Origin: an uncultured Methylomirabilota bacterium
Lineage (GTDB): Bacteria > Methylomirabilota > Methylomirabilia > Methylomirabilales > 2-02-FULL-66-22
Direction: 5' to 3'
Length of the DNA stretch: 64,000 nucleotides
NCBI GenBank assembly: GCA_963845565.1
Contig: CAWJSJ010000002.1
Coordinates: 1,952,001-2,016,000, forward strand
Shown here: piece by piece, positions 39,102-50,705 of the stretch
Position numbering within the stretch: the first letter of the stretch is position 1
How the letters are laid out: the number at the start of each line of letters is the position of its first letter
Position numbers and translations under genes: made by a program
The notes under the pieces: generated by a model
Told to the model about the DNA's origin: nothing
The model's database searches: none
What the model saw: the letters and a program-made list of their open reading frames with translations, nothing else

Positions 39102-40640
39102 CTACCGAGTCCAGGTCAGCCACTTCTGGAACGCCTTCTTGAGGAATGGCGTCAGCCGGGTCCGATTGTACTGGTCTCCGAGCTTCCGGATGGCCTCGGC
39201 CTGGGTTGGATACGAGTGGATCGTGGAGGCGATCTTCCCCAGACCCAGCCCCTGACCGATGGCCAGGGTCAGCTCCGGAAGCATCTCGCCCGCGTGCCGC
39301 GCGACGACCGTCGCCCCCAGGATCCTGTCCGTCCCTGCCCGGACGAGGACCTTGACGAATCCTTCCGTCTCGCCGTCCAGCACGGCCCGGTCGACGTCGC
39401 CCAGCTCCTGCACGAAGGTCCGCACAGGAAGCCCCTTGGCCTGTGCCTCTCGCTCGTACATTCCGACATGCGCGACCTCGGGATCGGTGTACGTGCACCA
39501 CGGAACGGTGAGGGCGCTGGCCTTGGCGCGCCCGAAGAAGAGGGCGTTCTGGATCACGATCCGCGCCTGGAAGTCCGCGGCGTGGGTGAACTTGTACGGG
39601 GAGCAGATGTCCCCGGCGGCGTAGATGCGCGGGTTGGTGGTCTGGAGCCGGTCGTTGACCTTCACGCCGGTCTTCTCGACGGCGACGCCGACCGTGTCCA
39701 GGTCGAGGCCCTCGACGTTCGGCCGGCGCCCCACGCCGACCAGGATCTCGTCCACCGAGATGTCGTAATGCTGCCCATGGGAATCGACCGTCAGGCGTTT
39801 GCCGTCCACCGTCTTGGTGACCTTGAGATCGCCGCCACAGCATAAGAGTGTGACGCCGTCCCGGACCAGCGCCCGCAAGACGATCTCCGCGGCGTCGCGA
39901 TCCTCGTTGGGCAGGATGCCGTGCTGGGCCTCAATAAGATACACCCGGCTTCCAAATCGCGCAAACGCCTGTGCCAACTCGCAGCCGATGGGCCCGGCGC
40001 CGATCACGGCCAGGCGGCCCGGCAATTCGGTCAGATTGAAGATCGTCTCGTTGGTCAGATAGCCCGCGTCGGTTAACCCGGGAATCGGCGGCACGGCGGC
40101 CCGGGCCCCGGTGGCGATGACCGCCTTCTTGAATCGCAGGGTCTTCCCAGCGACCTCGACTGTATCCGGGCCCGAGAAGCGCCCTTTGCTCAGGAAGACA
40201 TCCACGCCCAATTCACGAAAGCGCCGGGCCGAGTCGTTCCGGCTGATGCCGGCTCGCAGCCGGCGCATCCGCTCCATGACGGCCGGGAAACCCACCCGGA
40301 TCCCCGCGGGGACGTCCACGCCGTATGCGCCGGCATCCCGGACATCCGTCCAGGCGCGGGCGGCACGGAGAAGAGCCTTGGAGGGGACGCAGCCGACGTT
40401 CAGGCAATCCCCGCCCATGAGGTGTCGCTCGACCAGGGCGACCTTTGCCCCCAGACCGGCGGCGCCGGCGGCTGTGACGAGGCCTGCGGTCCCCGCGCCG
40501 ATGACCACGAGATTGTAACGTGGGGCAGGTTCCGGGTTCACCCAGTCGTCCGGGTGGACGTTCCGGACCAGGACCCGGTTGTGCTCATCCCAGGGTTCCA
40601 CGACGACGGAGTGCTCGGCACCGTCCCCGCTCTGATTCAT
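39102..40640 (-). CDS. MerA-like FAD-dependent pyridine nucleotide-disulfide oxidoreductase
   Basis: GAGTAG, GGDCLNVGCVPSK, GAGPIG, YTDPEVA, IHSYPTQAE; no C-terminal Cys-Cys. Confidence 0.9.
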   Translation of the reverse strand: MNQSGDGAEHSVVVEPWDEHNRVLVRNVHPDDWVNPEPAPRYNLVVIGAGTAGLVTAAGAAGLGAKVALVERHLMGGDCLNVGCVPSKALLRAARAWTDVRDAGAYGVDVPAGIRVGFPAVMERMRRLRAGISRNDSARRFRELGVDVFLSKGRFSGPDTVEVAGKTLRFKKAVIATGARAAVPPIPGLTDAGYLTNETIFNLTELPGRLAVIGAGPIGCELAQAFARFGSRVYLIEAQHGILPNEDRDAAEIVLRALVRDGVTLLCCGGDLKVTKTVDGKRLTVDSHGQHYDISVDEILVGVGRRPNVEGLDLDTVGVAVEKTGVKVNDRLQTTNPRIYAAGDICSPYKFTHAADFQARIVIQNALFFGRAKASALTVPWCTYTDPEVAHVGMYEREAQAKGLPVRTFVQELGDVDRAVLDGETEGFVKVLVRAGTDRILGATVVARHAGEMLPELTLAIGQGLGLGKIASTIHSYPTQAEAIRKLGDQYNRTRLTPFLKKAFQKWLTWTR

Positions 40641-40658
40641 GGAACGTCCTTTTTTCGG

Positions 40659-41388
40659 TCAATCGGCGATGCGCTGTTTGAGTGCCGACCGCGCGAGACG
40701 TGTCACGTACACGGTCACGGCGACGGTCGCGAGGAGGCCGATAACGGAAAGCGCCCATTCCGCCGGGGTGCGCACGTGCCCGCCGGCCCCAAGGGTTGCG
40801 AGGTCGCCGGCGAGCGACCCGATGTACACATACATCAGCGTGCCCGGCATCATGCCGATCCAGGATGCCAGGATGTAGTCGCGCGGCGAGACCCGGGTCA
40901 CCCCGAAGGCGTAGTTCAGGAGGTTGAACGGGAATGCGGGGGACAGGCGGGTCAGGCCCACGATCTTCCACCCCTCGCCGGCGACGGCCTCGTCGATCGC
41001 CTTGAAGCGGGGATTGGCTTCGATCCGCTTCACGACCCAGCCCCGGGCAAGATACCGGCCGACGAAGAACGCCGCCGTCGCCGCCAGGGTCGCGGAGCAC
41101 GAGACGAGGATCGCACCCTTGACCACTCCAAAGGCCGCCCCGGCCCCCAGCGTTAAGATGACGCCAGGCAGAAGGAGAACGGCGGCGAGCGTATAGAGGA
41201 GGGCGAACAGCACCGCGCCCCACGCACCGAGATCCTGTATCCGTTCCAGGGCAGCGATGAGATGGACCTGGACATCGAGGGAGCGAGCCACGATCAGGAT
41301 ACCGACGATCGCGAGCAGCGCGAGGATCGGCTTAATTCCCCAACCGGACTTGCGAGTCTCCGGTCCGTTGTGCGATGTGGGTGTCATA
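40659..41388 (-). CDS. TVP38/TMEM64 (DedA-like) membrane protein
   Basis: LTLGAGAAFG, RLSPAFPFNLLNYAFG, MPGTLMYVYIGS; start approximate. Confidence 0.9.
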
Positions 41389-41389
41389 T

Positions 41390-41525
41390 GAGTTGGGCGA
41401 TTGGTCAATTGGTCGATTCGTCAATTAGGCCGATGGGAAACTGGTCGAATGGTCAATTTGTCGATTAGTCGATTGGGCAACTGGGCAACAGGGTAAATCA
41501 TCACCTGGGCAATTCGTCGACTGGG
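41390..41525. repeat. Degenerate octamer tandem repeats (GGTCAATT/GGTCGATT)
   Basis: More than ten imperfect 8-nt units between arsS and the TVP38 gene. Confidence 0.75.
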
Positions 41526-41564
41526 CTCCGGGGTGTCGAATTCGGGCCAGGCGGCGGCGTGGGC

Positions 41565-42677
41565 TCACGCCGTGGCGCCTCCGCAGGAGCTGCCTGCCCC
41601 AGCGGTGCACCCGAAACAGTGGCGCCGCGTCCGGATCCGCCGGGCCTGAAGCGCATCGGGGTCGAAGTCGCGGATGTGGGGCCGTCGCCCGTCGCCCGTC
41701 GCCACGGGGATGTCGAGCATCTGGTTAAAATCGCAATCGTGCAGCGTGCCGTCCCAGGACACCGACAGCGTGTTCCGGCACATCAGGCCCGCCACGGTCG
41801 CCGGATTGAAGAGGTTCGTCAGCCGCTCCATGTATTCCTGCAGGTTGCCGGTCTCGACCAGCCAGTCGAGAAATCGACTGATGGGCATGTTATTCAACGT
41901 GATCAACCGGTCGAAGGTGATACCGTGATTTAGGGCAAGGTCGACCTTCCACTCGCGCTCCAGGGCGGCCTGGGGCGCCGCGAGGAAGGCGCCGGCCGGG
42001 TTCGCCATCACGGTCAGTCGCCGCCGCGGGTCCCCGTGGCCGTAGCCCGCGGCATTCAATCGACGGAGCGCCTCGATGGATTTGTCGAACGTCCCATCGC
42101 CGCGCTGGCTGTCGGTGTTGCGCTTGCGACAGTGGGGCAGGGAACAGACCACCTCGACCCCCCGCTCGGCGAACCAGGCCGGCAGGTCCGCGAAGCGCGG
42201 GAGAAGCAGGATCGTCAGGTTGCAGCGGTCGATGACGTGCTTGCCGCGGGCGACGCACTGGTCGACCAGATATCGGAAGTGCGGGTTCAACTCGGGGGCG
42301 CCCCCCGTGATGTCCACCGTGTGGGCCGCGGTCTTGTCCAGGGCCGCGAGGCACAGGTCGATGGTCTCTCGATCCATGTTCTCGGCGACCCGATCCGGTC
42401 CCGCATCTACGTGACAGTGCCGGCAGGTCATGTTGCAGAGCCGGCCGACGTTGATCTGCAGGATCTCCAGCGGCGCGGGCCGCAGCTCGCGCCACCCACA
42501 AGCCGCCAGGGCGGCGTCGAAGTCCCCCCGCTCGAGCGGGAGGTCGTCCAATACGAGAAGCTGCGCCTCCGGTGGGGCCAGGGTCGACCCCCGGGCTCGG
42601 AGGCTCTTGGTGCGCTTCGGCCCACTCTCGGCGGACGCAAGCTCCTCCAGGATGGCCAGTTCTATGGGGGCACTCAC
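41565..42677 (-). CDS. arsS: Arsenosugar-biosynthesis-type radical SAM protein (ArsS family)
   Basis: LQINVGRLCNMTCRHCHVDAGP, DITGGAPE, DRCNLTIL, MCRNTLSVSWDG, DCDFNQ, HCFGCTAGAGSSCGGA. Confidence 0.9.
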   Translation of the reverse strand: MSAPIELAILEELASAESGPKRTKSLRARGSTLAPPEAQLLVLDDLPLERGDFDAALAACGWRELRPAPLEILQINVGRLCNMTCRHCHVDAGPDRVAENMDRETIDLCLAALDKTAAHTVDITGGAPELNPHFRYLVDQCVARGKHVIDRCNLTILLLPRFADLPAWFAERGVEVVCSLPHCRKRNTDSQRGDGTFDKSIEALRRLNAAGYGHGDPRRRLTVMANPAGAFLAAPQAALEREWKVDLALNHGITFDRLITLNNMPISRFLDWLVETGNLQEYMERLTNLFNPATVAGLMCRNTLSVSWDGTLHDCDFNQMLDIPVATGDGRRPHIRDFDPDALQARRIRTRRHCFGCTAGAGSSCGGATA

Positions 42678-42993
42678 TTACATGCCCGCCTTCTTAGCGT
42701 GCTCCAGCATCTGGACGCCGTGCACCAGGCTGGCACCCCCGCGGATCGCTGCCGCCACATGCACCGCCTCGGTCATCTGGTCCAGGTCGGCGCCCTTCTC
42801 GAGACACGTCTTCGAGTAGGCATCGATGCAATACGGGCACTGCACGGCGTGCGCCACCGCCAGGGCGATCAACGACTTCTCCCGCTCGCTGAGAGCCCCC
42901 TCCTGAAATACGGCGCCGTACCAGTCGAAGAATTTGGTCGCCAACTCCTTGCTGCCTTCGGCGATCGTCCCGAACTTGGCCAGATGATCCGAG

Positions 42994-43010
<17 letters not shown>
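42678..43010 (-). CDS. CMD/AhpD-like protein of the type found next to arsS
   Basis: YY...LAKF, GALSEREKSLIALAVAHAVQCPYCIDAY, AIRGGASLVHGVQM. Confidence 0.88.
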
Positions 43011-43840
<830 letters not shown>

Positions 43841-43918
43841 GCATTCCCCCTCTTCGTTTCGCCCACGGGCGTGTTCCTTGGCGGGGAGTTCCGCCTAACT
43901 GCGGTTCGAAAAGATCTT

Positions 43919-44138
43919 CTAGTGTCTTGTCCCAGAGATTCGCCGCATGAGTCAGGGCCTCAGCGCCGCCCCGAGGACGCTGCGCCCGCGGGCGAGCCCG
44001 TCCCCGGCACGGAGGCCGCGGTTCCCTGGCGGCCGACCCGGGGTAAGGGCGAGCCGGCATCGACGAGGCGCCAAGGCGTCAGAGGGGCGGGGCTGAGGCC
44101 CGGCACATCGCCAACGAACTTCGGAGACAGGACACTAG
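43919..44138. mobile_element. 220-bp MITE-like element bounded by CTAG
   Basis: Left CTAGTGTCTTGTCCCAGAGATTCG versus reverse complement of right end CTAGTGTCCTGTCTCCGAAGTTCG; nested internal inverted repeats. Confidence 0.75.
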
Positions 44139-44236
44139 TCCTGGAATCATCTTAGCCAATCAAGCCTACTGACGATACAGGAAAGAACCCGATATGGCTG
44201 TTGACGGGTCTCACCCAACCTCCTATATTGCCCTCG

Positions 44237-45106
44237 ATGAGCGCTGCTCGACCGCAGATCGAACGTGCGCTGCGTGGGGGCTGGGTTCCGCTTCTCCCTC
44301 GGGGCCGGCGACGCGGCGGCCTCCTGTTCGCCGTCCTTGTCGGCCTTGCCTGCATAGGATCCTCCTGCGCTGTGCCGACTCGTACGACGGCGCCGCAAAC
44401 GCCAACGGGCGTAACGCACATTGTCCAGCCGGGCCAGAACCTTTTCCGCATCGGCCAGGCGTACAATGTCACCGTGGCCCTCTTGATCGAAACCAACCGC
44501 CTTAACCCCTTAGCCCCGCTCAGGGTTGGGCAGCGCCTGTTCATTCCTGGGGCCACGTCGGTCAAGAAGGTGGAGGTTTTCCGACAGCTCAACAACAACG
44601 AGCGCGCTGCACTGGAGCGGTCGTTGCGAGAGGATTTGACGCTGCCGCCGCCAACAACCGTGCCGCCTCCATCGCCCCCGCGGGTCAAGACCGATGCTGA
44701 CTTCGTCTGGCCGATCCAGGGGCGGATCAACTCCCCGTTCGGACCCCGGAACGGCCGTCTGCACGCTGGGATCGATATCGGCTCGCCGCATTACCAGGAG
44801 GTGGTGGCCGCGGCCGACGCGGAGGTGATCTACGCCAACGACACCGGGGGACCGCTTGGCAAGGCCGTTGTCCTGCAGCACGGGCGCGGCATACGCACCG
44901 TCTATGCGCACCTTTCCATCATCATCGCTCGCGAACGGGACACGGTCCGGCAGGGACAGGCCATCGGCGGGGTTGGAGACACCGGCCGGGCGACGGGCCC
45001 TCATCTGCATTTCGAGATCCGGCAGAACGGGGTCCCGCTGAACCCGGAGAGCTACCTGCCGGCGACGATCGACGAGTTGATGCGGGATCTTTCGATTTCC
45101 AAGTAG
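44237..45106 (+). CDS. LysM plus M23 peptidase (NlpD-like)
   Basis: HIVQPGQNLFRI LysM, WPIQG, HAGIDI, TVYAHL, TGPHLHFE; TTGACG-17-TATATT just upstream. Confidence 0.9.
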   Translation: MSAARPQIERALRGGWVPLLPRGRRRGGLLFAVLVGLACIGSSCAVPTRTTAPQTPTGVTHIVQPGQNLFRIGQAYNVTVALLIETNRLNPLAPLRVGQRLFIPGATSVKKVEVFRQLNNNERAALERSLREDLTLPPPTTVPPPSPPRVKTDADFVWPIQGRINSPFGPRNGRLHAGIDIGSPHYQEVVAAADAEVIYANDTGGPLGKAVVLQHGRGIRTVYAHLSIIIARERDTVRQGQAIGGVGDTGRATGPHLHFEIRQNGVPLNPESYLPATIDELMRDLSISK

Positions 45107-45232
45107 GCCGCAGGAAATGCAAAACCGACAACCGACATCCGTTAATGTAAAACCGAAAACTGACAATGAAAAACCGGTCATTGTTCGGTTGTCAGTTGTC
45201 GGTTTTCAATTCTTCATTGGATTGGGCCGACA

Positions 45233-46565
45233 GTGCGATCCATTCGATCGATAATCCACCTCGACATGGACGCCTTCTACGCATCCGTCGAGCAACTCGA
45301 CCATCCAGCCTATCGGGGAAAGCCTGTGGTCGTCGGCGCCGACCCCAGGAGCGGATCGGGACGGGGGGTGGTGGCCGCCTGCTCGTACGAGGCGCGGAAG
45401 TTCGGGATCCGATCCGCCATGCCCATCAGCCGGGCTTATCGGCTGTGTCCGACGGCCGTCTTCGTACGACCGCGGGGCGCGCGGTATGCCGAGATGTCCG
45501 AGCGGATCTTCGCCATCCTGCGGGAATACACGGACCTGATGGAGCCGCTCTCCATCGACGAGGCGTTTCTGGACGTGACGGCCAGCCAGCGGCTTTTCGG
45601 ACCCGCGGCGGAGATCGGCCGGATGATGAAGGCCAGGATTCGGTCCGAGCTCGGCCTGGTGGCCTCGATCGGTCTGGCGCCGAACAAGTTTCTGGCCAAG
45701 GTCGGATCCGACCTGGGGAAGCCGGACGGATTCGTGATGGTGGCGCTCGGCCAGGAGCGGGCGTTCCTGGATCCGCTGCCGATCTCCCGGCTGTGGGGCG
45801 TCGGACCGAAGACGGAGGCGCGGCTGCACCAGATGGGTTTCCAGACCATCGGGCAGATCGCTCGGACGCCGCTCACCACGCTCGAAGACACGCTGGGCCA
45901 GGGCGGCCGAGACCTGTGGGAACTGGCCAACGGGCTGGACGATCGGCCCGTGGAGCCGGAACAGGAGGCGAAGTCCATCGGTGCCGAGCACACATTCGCG
46001 GAAGACACCGCGGACCGGGAGCAGATCCGGCGAACGATCCTGGAGTTGGCCGACCGCGTGGGAGGGCGCCTCCGGCGCGACGAGGTGCTGGCCGGCGGCG
46101 TGACGCTGAAGTTTCGCGATCATCGATTCCACACCGTGACCAGGGCGGCCTCGCTGGACCAGCCGACGGACGTTGGCGACACCCTGTTCCGGGAGGCATG
46201 GGCACTCCTGGACAAGGTGGAGTGGCAGGGGAACCAGGTGCGCCTGGTGGGCGTCACGGCAACGCGCCTCCGACCCGCCGCCGCCCCTCCGGAAGGGCAA
46301 CTGCCGCTGTTTCCCGGGGAGGCCCGACCCCCGGCGGAACCTGGCGCACACCGTGGACAAGATCCGTGAGCGTTTCGGAGGCGAGGCCATTACGCGCGCT
46401 TCGCTGCTGGCGGGGGATCGGGAAGCGCGAGCCGTGAGCCACGAGCCACGAGCCACGAGCGGAGAGCCGGGGAAGGAGAGCCGAGAGTTGAAACGGAAGC
46501 GCGAGCCAAGAGCTGAGAGCCGAGAGCCGCGAGCGGAGAGCCGAGGAACGAGAGCCAAGAGCTGA
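45233..46565 (+). CDS. dinB: DNA polymerase IV; +1 frameshift at ~46325
   Basis: HLDMDAFYASVE, SYEARKFG, SIDEAFLD, NKFLAK, LWGVG; tail VDKIRERFGGEAI in the next frame. Confidence 0.92.
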
Positions 46566-46578
46566 GACCGGAGAGCCA
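46425..46578. repeat. Heptamer tandem repeats (GAGCCAC/GAGAGCC)
   Basis: Many imperfect 7-nt units overlapping the dinB 3' end. Confidence 0.75.
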
Positions 46579-46780
46579 AGCGGGGTGAATCACGAAGTAA
46601 TCTACCTGGGCTGCGGAACGGCTTCGCCAGGCAAAAAGGCTTGCCGGGCCCGGGCAATCCTGGTACTTTGACAGCCGGTTTTTCCTGGACTTGGGAGCCT
46701 CCGGGGTGCGGCGGATGTGTCATGGGAGTCGCCGTGCGCAGGGAGGGCGCATCTTGGCATTCCAGCGGAAGGGGGCGGTC

Positions 46781-48019
46781 GTGAACCGACGAACAGTGCT
46801 CAAGGGCATGGGGGCGGCCGGCGCCATCGGAGCGCTCGGGTTTCCGGCGATCGTTCGGGCGCAGGTAAAAGAGATCAAGGTCGGCTCGGTCCAGCCGATG
46901 ACCGGCTTGCTGGCCGTGGTGGGCAAGACCACCCGCCAGGGGAACCAGTTGGCGGTGGATCACGTCAACGCCGAGGGCGGCATCAAGTCCATGGGTGGCG
47001 CCAAGCTGGTCCTGGTCCCCGGCGATCACCAGTACAAGCCCGAGGTGGCTCGCGCCGAGACCGAGCGACTCATGCGGGAGGGCTGCCACGTTCTGGTCGG
47101 CGCGTTCGACAGCGGAAGCATCAACGCCATGATTCAGGTGATCAAGCAGTCCAGCAAGCCGATTCCTTTCGTGATTGACATCGGCTCGGCCGATCAGCTC
47201 ACCCAGCAGGGGGTGAAGTACGTGTTCCGCAGCTTCACGACCAACTCGACGATGGGGCGCCGGGGCATCGAGTACCTGATGCAGCTCTTCAAGGACAGCG
47301 GGGACCCCTGCAAGCGTGCCGTGATGTTCCAGGTGAGCGACCTGTTCGGCCAGGTGGGGCGCGAGCGGACGATGGAGTGGCACAAGAAGCTGAACGCCCC
47401 CTTCGAGGTGGCCGAGATCATCACCTATCCGGCGGGCACCCAGGACCTGTCCACGGAAGTGGCCAAGGCCAAGGCGCTGAAGCCGGACATGATCCTGGCC
47501 ATCACGCGGCCGAACGACGCCATCCTGCTGGTCCAGGAGCTGTACAAGCAGCGCGTGGACATCAAGGCGCTGGTGGGCCCGGGGAACCCGGGCTTTTACC
47601 AGCCGACGTTCGTGAAGGCCCTGGGCAAGCTGGCCGAGCACACCATGGCCAACGCCCCCTGGTGGAATCCCAAGTCCCCGCTGGGGCAGAAGGTCGCGGC
47701 GGACTACGAGAAGCGGTTCGGAGATCCGTTCACGACCGAGTCCGCCTGGTCGTACCAGGGCGTGCGGGTGATCGCCGACGTCCTGGAGCGGGCGGGCACC
47801 GTGGATCCTGACAAGTTCGTCGAGGCGGCCCGCAAGACCAACATCAAGGATCATGTCGTGTCGGGCGGCCCTATCCAGTTCGACGAGCACGGGGACAACG
47901 TGGGCGCCTCGTCGTCCATGGTACAGATTCGCGACGGGCGGCCGAAGGTCATCTTCCCCAAGGAGTCAGCGGAGGTGCAGCCGGTGTACCCGATCCCCAA
48001 GCTGTGGGAGCGCGGCTGA
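46781..48019 (+). CDS. Branched-chain amino acid ABC substrate-binding protein with Tat signal
   Basis: NRRTVLKG twin-arginine signal, PMTG, NAEGGIKSMGGAKL. Confidence 0.9.
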   Translation: MNRRTVLKGMGAAGAIGALGFPAIVRAQVKEIKVGSVQPMTGLLAVVGKTTRQGNQLAVDHVNAEGGIKSMGGAKLVLVPGDHQYKPEVARAETERLMREGCHVLVGAFDSGSINAMIQVIKQSSKPIPFVIDIGSADQLTQQGVKYVFRSFTTNSTMGRRGIEYLMQLFKDSGDPCKRAVMFQVSDLFGQVGRERTMEWHKKLNAPFEVAEIITYPAGTQDLSTEVAKAKALKPDMILAITRPNDAILLVQELYKQRVDIKALVGPGNPGFYQPTFVKALGKLAEHTMANAPWWNPKSPLGQKVAADYEKRFGDPFTTESAWSYQGVRVIADVLERAGTVDPDKFVEAARKTNIKDHVVSGGPIQFDEHGDNVGASSSMVQIRDGRPKVIFPKESAEVQPVYPIPKLWERG

Positions 48020-48144
48020 CGGGCGTCAGGGACAGCAGACTAGGGGTATCGGCGAAGCAGCGTCAGAGGATCAGAGGACGGAGATCAGGGCATGGCGAGT
48101 TCGCCGACCGGCGACCTCCGACCTCTGATTTCTGGGTCCCGACG

Positions 48145-49008
48145 ATGGCACTTTACGCTCAGGCTTTCATCAACGGCATCTTGACCGGCGGCGTCTACAG
48201 CCTGATGGCCGTGGGCCTCTCGCTGATCTTCGGGGTCATGCGGGTGATCAACTTCGCCCACGGCGACATGATGGTCTGGGGGATGTACCTCAGCTTCTGG
48301 CTGTTCACGACGCTGGGTCTGGACCCGTACCTCTCGATCCCTCTCACCGGCGCAGTCGTCTTCCTGCTGGGGGCGGCGATCCAGCGGGGGCTGGTGAATC
48401 GCATCCTCGCCGCGCCCCACGAGATGCAAATCCTCCTGATGATGGGCGTGGCACTGGTCCTGGAGAACCTGGCCCTGATGGTCTGGGGTCCCGATCCTCG
48501 CCGGGTCAACGTCTCGTACGGCCTCAGCACGTTCTGGATGGGCCCGATCGTGGTGGACCTGCCTCGCCTGGTGACGTTCGCCCTGGCCCTGGCCCTGGCG
48601 CTCGTCCTGTACCTGTTCCTCCGGCGGACCGATCTGGGTCGGATGATCCGGGCGGCCTCGGATAATCAGACGGGCGCCCTCCTGGTGGGGACGGACATCA
48701 CCAAAGTGTTCACCCTGGCCTTTGGAGTCGGCGCGGCCTGTGTCGGTGCGGCCGGCAGCCTGATGACGCCGCTCCTGCCGTTCACCCCCAGCTCCGGCCT
48801 CTTATTCACGGTCACCTCGTTCAACATCGTCATCATCGGCGGAATGGGGAATCTGCTGGGGGCGTTCGTCGGCGGCCTACTGGTGGGCGTGAGCGAGTCG
48901 CTGGGTGCGGTCCTCCTGGTGCCGTCGCTGAAGGAGATCGTGGGCTTCGTCCTGCTGGTGGTCATCCTGCTCTTCCGGCCGCAGGGTCTGCTCGGGGGCC
49001 GACGATGA
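48145..49008 (+). CDS. livH: Branched-chain amino acid ABC permease
   Basis: GLSLIFGVMRVINFAHG, IIGGMGN, LFRPQGLLG. Confidence 0.92.
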   Translation: MALYAQAFINGILTGGVYSLMAVGLSLIFGVMRVINFAHGDMMVWGMYLSFWLFTTLGLDPYLSIPLTGAVVFLLGAAIQRGLVNRILAAPHEMQILLMMGVALVLENLALMVWGPDPRRVNVSYGLSTFWMGPIVVDLPRLVTFALALALALVLYLFLRRTDLGRMIRAASDNQTGALLVGTDITKVFTLAFGVGAACVGAAGSLMTPLLPFTPSSGLLFTVTSFNIVIIGGMGNLLGAFVGGLLVGVSESLGAVLLVPSLKEIVGFVLLVVILLFRPQGLLGGRR

Positions 49009-49967
49009 GCAGACGACTCGGAGTGGGGCTGGGTGTCGGTGCGCTGCTGGTCTGGCTGCCGTTCACGGTCTCGTCGGTCTGGCAGAACCTGCTGATCACC
49101 ACGTTCTACTTCGCGTACCTGGGCCAGGCCTGGAACATCCTGGGCGGCTACGCCGGCCAGCTCTCACTGGGACACGCCGCCTTCTTCGCCATCGGGGCCT
49201 ACACCTCGGTGGTGCTGCACACTCATTTCGGAATCTCGCCGTGGCTGGGCATGTTCGCGGGGGCGCTGCTGGCAGCGGCGGTCAGCCAGGGGATCGGCTA
49301 CCTCGGTTTCCGGTTCGGCTTGCGGGGATTCTACTTCATCCTGCTGACGCTGGCGGCGGCCGAGATCCTGCGGCTGATCGCTCTGCACCTGCCTCTCCTC
49401 GGCGGCTACACGGGCCTGTTCATCAACTTCACGCCGAACCCCTGGCAGTTCCAGTTCAAGGGGAAGATCTGGTACTACTTCATTGCCCTGGGGTTTCTCG
49501 CGGTGGCGTCCGCCGTCGTCTGGCTGATCGAGCGGTCGAAGTTCGGCGCCTACCTGGTGGCGATCCGCGAGGACGAGGACGCGGCCGAGGCCCTGGGGGT
49601 GGACACCTTCCGGTACAAGATGCTGGCCTATGCCGTCAGCGCGGCGCTCACGGCGCTGGGTGGGACGTTCTACGCCTACTACCAGTTCTATCTGCAGCCG
49701 AACACGGTGCTCAGCATGCACCACTCGGTGGACATCATGATCCGCCCCATCGTGGGCGGAAGCGGCACGATCCTGGGGCCGATCCTGGGATCGTTTCTGC
49801 TGGAACTGCTGGGCGAGTTCTCGCGGAGCTATTTCGCCGAGGGCGCGGCCGGGCTGTCCGTCGTGATCTACGGGGTTCTCTTGATCGTGGTGGTCCTGTT
49901 CCTGCCGCGCGGCGTGTACCCGACGCTGCTCGGGTGGCTTCGCCGGGCCACGGGGAGGCGCGCGTGA
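49005..49967 (+). CDS. livM: Branched-chain amino acid ABC permease
   Basis: GYAGQLSLGHAAFF, LRGFYF, AIREDEDAAEALG. Confidence 0.92.
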   Translation: MSRRLGVGLGVGALLVWLPFTVSSVWQNLLITTFYFAYLGQAWNILGGYAGQLSLGHAAFFAIGAYTSVVLHTHFGISPWLGMFAGALLAAAVSQGIGYLGFRFGLRGFYFILLTLAAAEILRLIALHLPLLGGYTGLFINFTPNPWQFQFKGKIWYYFIALGFLAVASAVVWLIERSKFGAYLVAIREDEDAAEALGVDTFRYKMLAYAVSAALTALGGTFYAYYQFYLQPNTVLSMHHSVDIMIRPIVGGSGTILGPILGSFLLELLGEFSRSYFAEGAAGLSVVIYGVLLIVVVLFLPRGVYPTLLGWLRRATGRRA

Positions 49968-50695
49968 GCCTCCTGGCGGTCGAGGGCGTCAGCAAGTCAT
50001 TCGGCGGTCTGGCGGCGGTGCAGCGTGTGACCTTCACGCTGGCCGAGGGCGAGCTGCTGGCCCTCATCGGGCCAAACGGCGCCGGCAAGACGACGCTCTT
50101 CCACGTCATCTCGGGGTTCATGGCGCCGGACGAGGGGACGATCCGCTATGCGGGGGAGTCGCTCGTGGGCCTCCGACCCCACGACATCTGCCAGCGGGGC
50201 ATGGTGCGGACGTTCCAGATCACGCGGCCCTTCAACCGGCTCACCGTCCTGGAGAACGTTCTGGTCGGCGCGCTGGAGCGGGTGGCCCACCGGCGTCAGG
50301 CGGTCACGATCGCCGAGGAGGTCCTGGCGCTGACGGGCCTGGCGGAGAAGGCCGGCCAGTTGGGCCATAGCCTCACGCTGCCGGATCGGAAACGCCTGGA
50401 ACTGGCCCGGGCCTTGGCCACGGGACCAAAGGTGCTGCTCCTGGACGAGGTCATGGCCGGCCTCAACCCGACCGAGACCACCCGGCTCATCGAGCTCATT
50501 CGAACCATTCACGGACGGGGCGTGACCATCCTGCTCATCGAACACGTGATGCGCGCGGTGATGGCCCTCTCGCAGCGCATCCTGGTCCTGAATTACGGCG
50601 AGCTGATCGCCGAGGGCACACCCCAGACCGTGGTCCGGAATCCGAAGGTGATCGAGGCCTATCTGGGCGAAGGATACTCCAGTCTCGACTCGTGA
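49964..50695 (+). CDS. livG: Branched-chain amino acid ABC ATP-binding protein
   Basis: GPNGAGKTT, RTFQ, LLDEVMAGL, IEHVM, VIEAYLG. Confidence 0.93.
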   Translation: MSLLAVEGVSKSFGGLAAVQRVTFTLAEGELLALIGPNGAGKTTLFHVISGFMAPDEGTIRYAGESLVGLRPHDICQRGMVRTFQITRPFNRLTVLENVLVGALERVAHRRQAVTIAEEVLALTGLAEKAGQLGHSLTLPDRKRLELARALATGPKVLLLDEVMAGLNPTETTRLIELIRTIHGRGVTILLIEHVMRAVMALSQRILVLNYGELIAEGTPQTVVRNPKVIEAYLGEGYSSLDS

Positions 50696-50705
50696 TGGGT
50701 TTGCG

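Noticed and set aside
39102..40640. True mercuric reductase merA
   Set aside because: No C-terminal Cys-Cys, no N-terminal metal-binding domain and no merR/T/P genes.
41565..41600. Selenocysteine at the ArsS C-terminus
   Set aside because: GSSCGG is encoded with TGC; the TGA after ATA is a normal stop.
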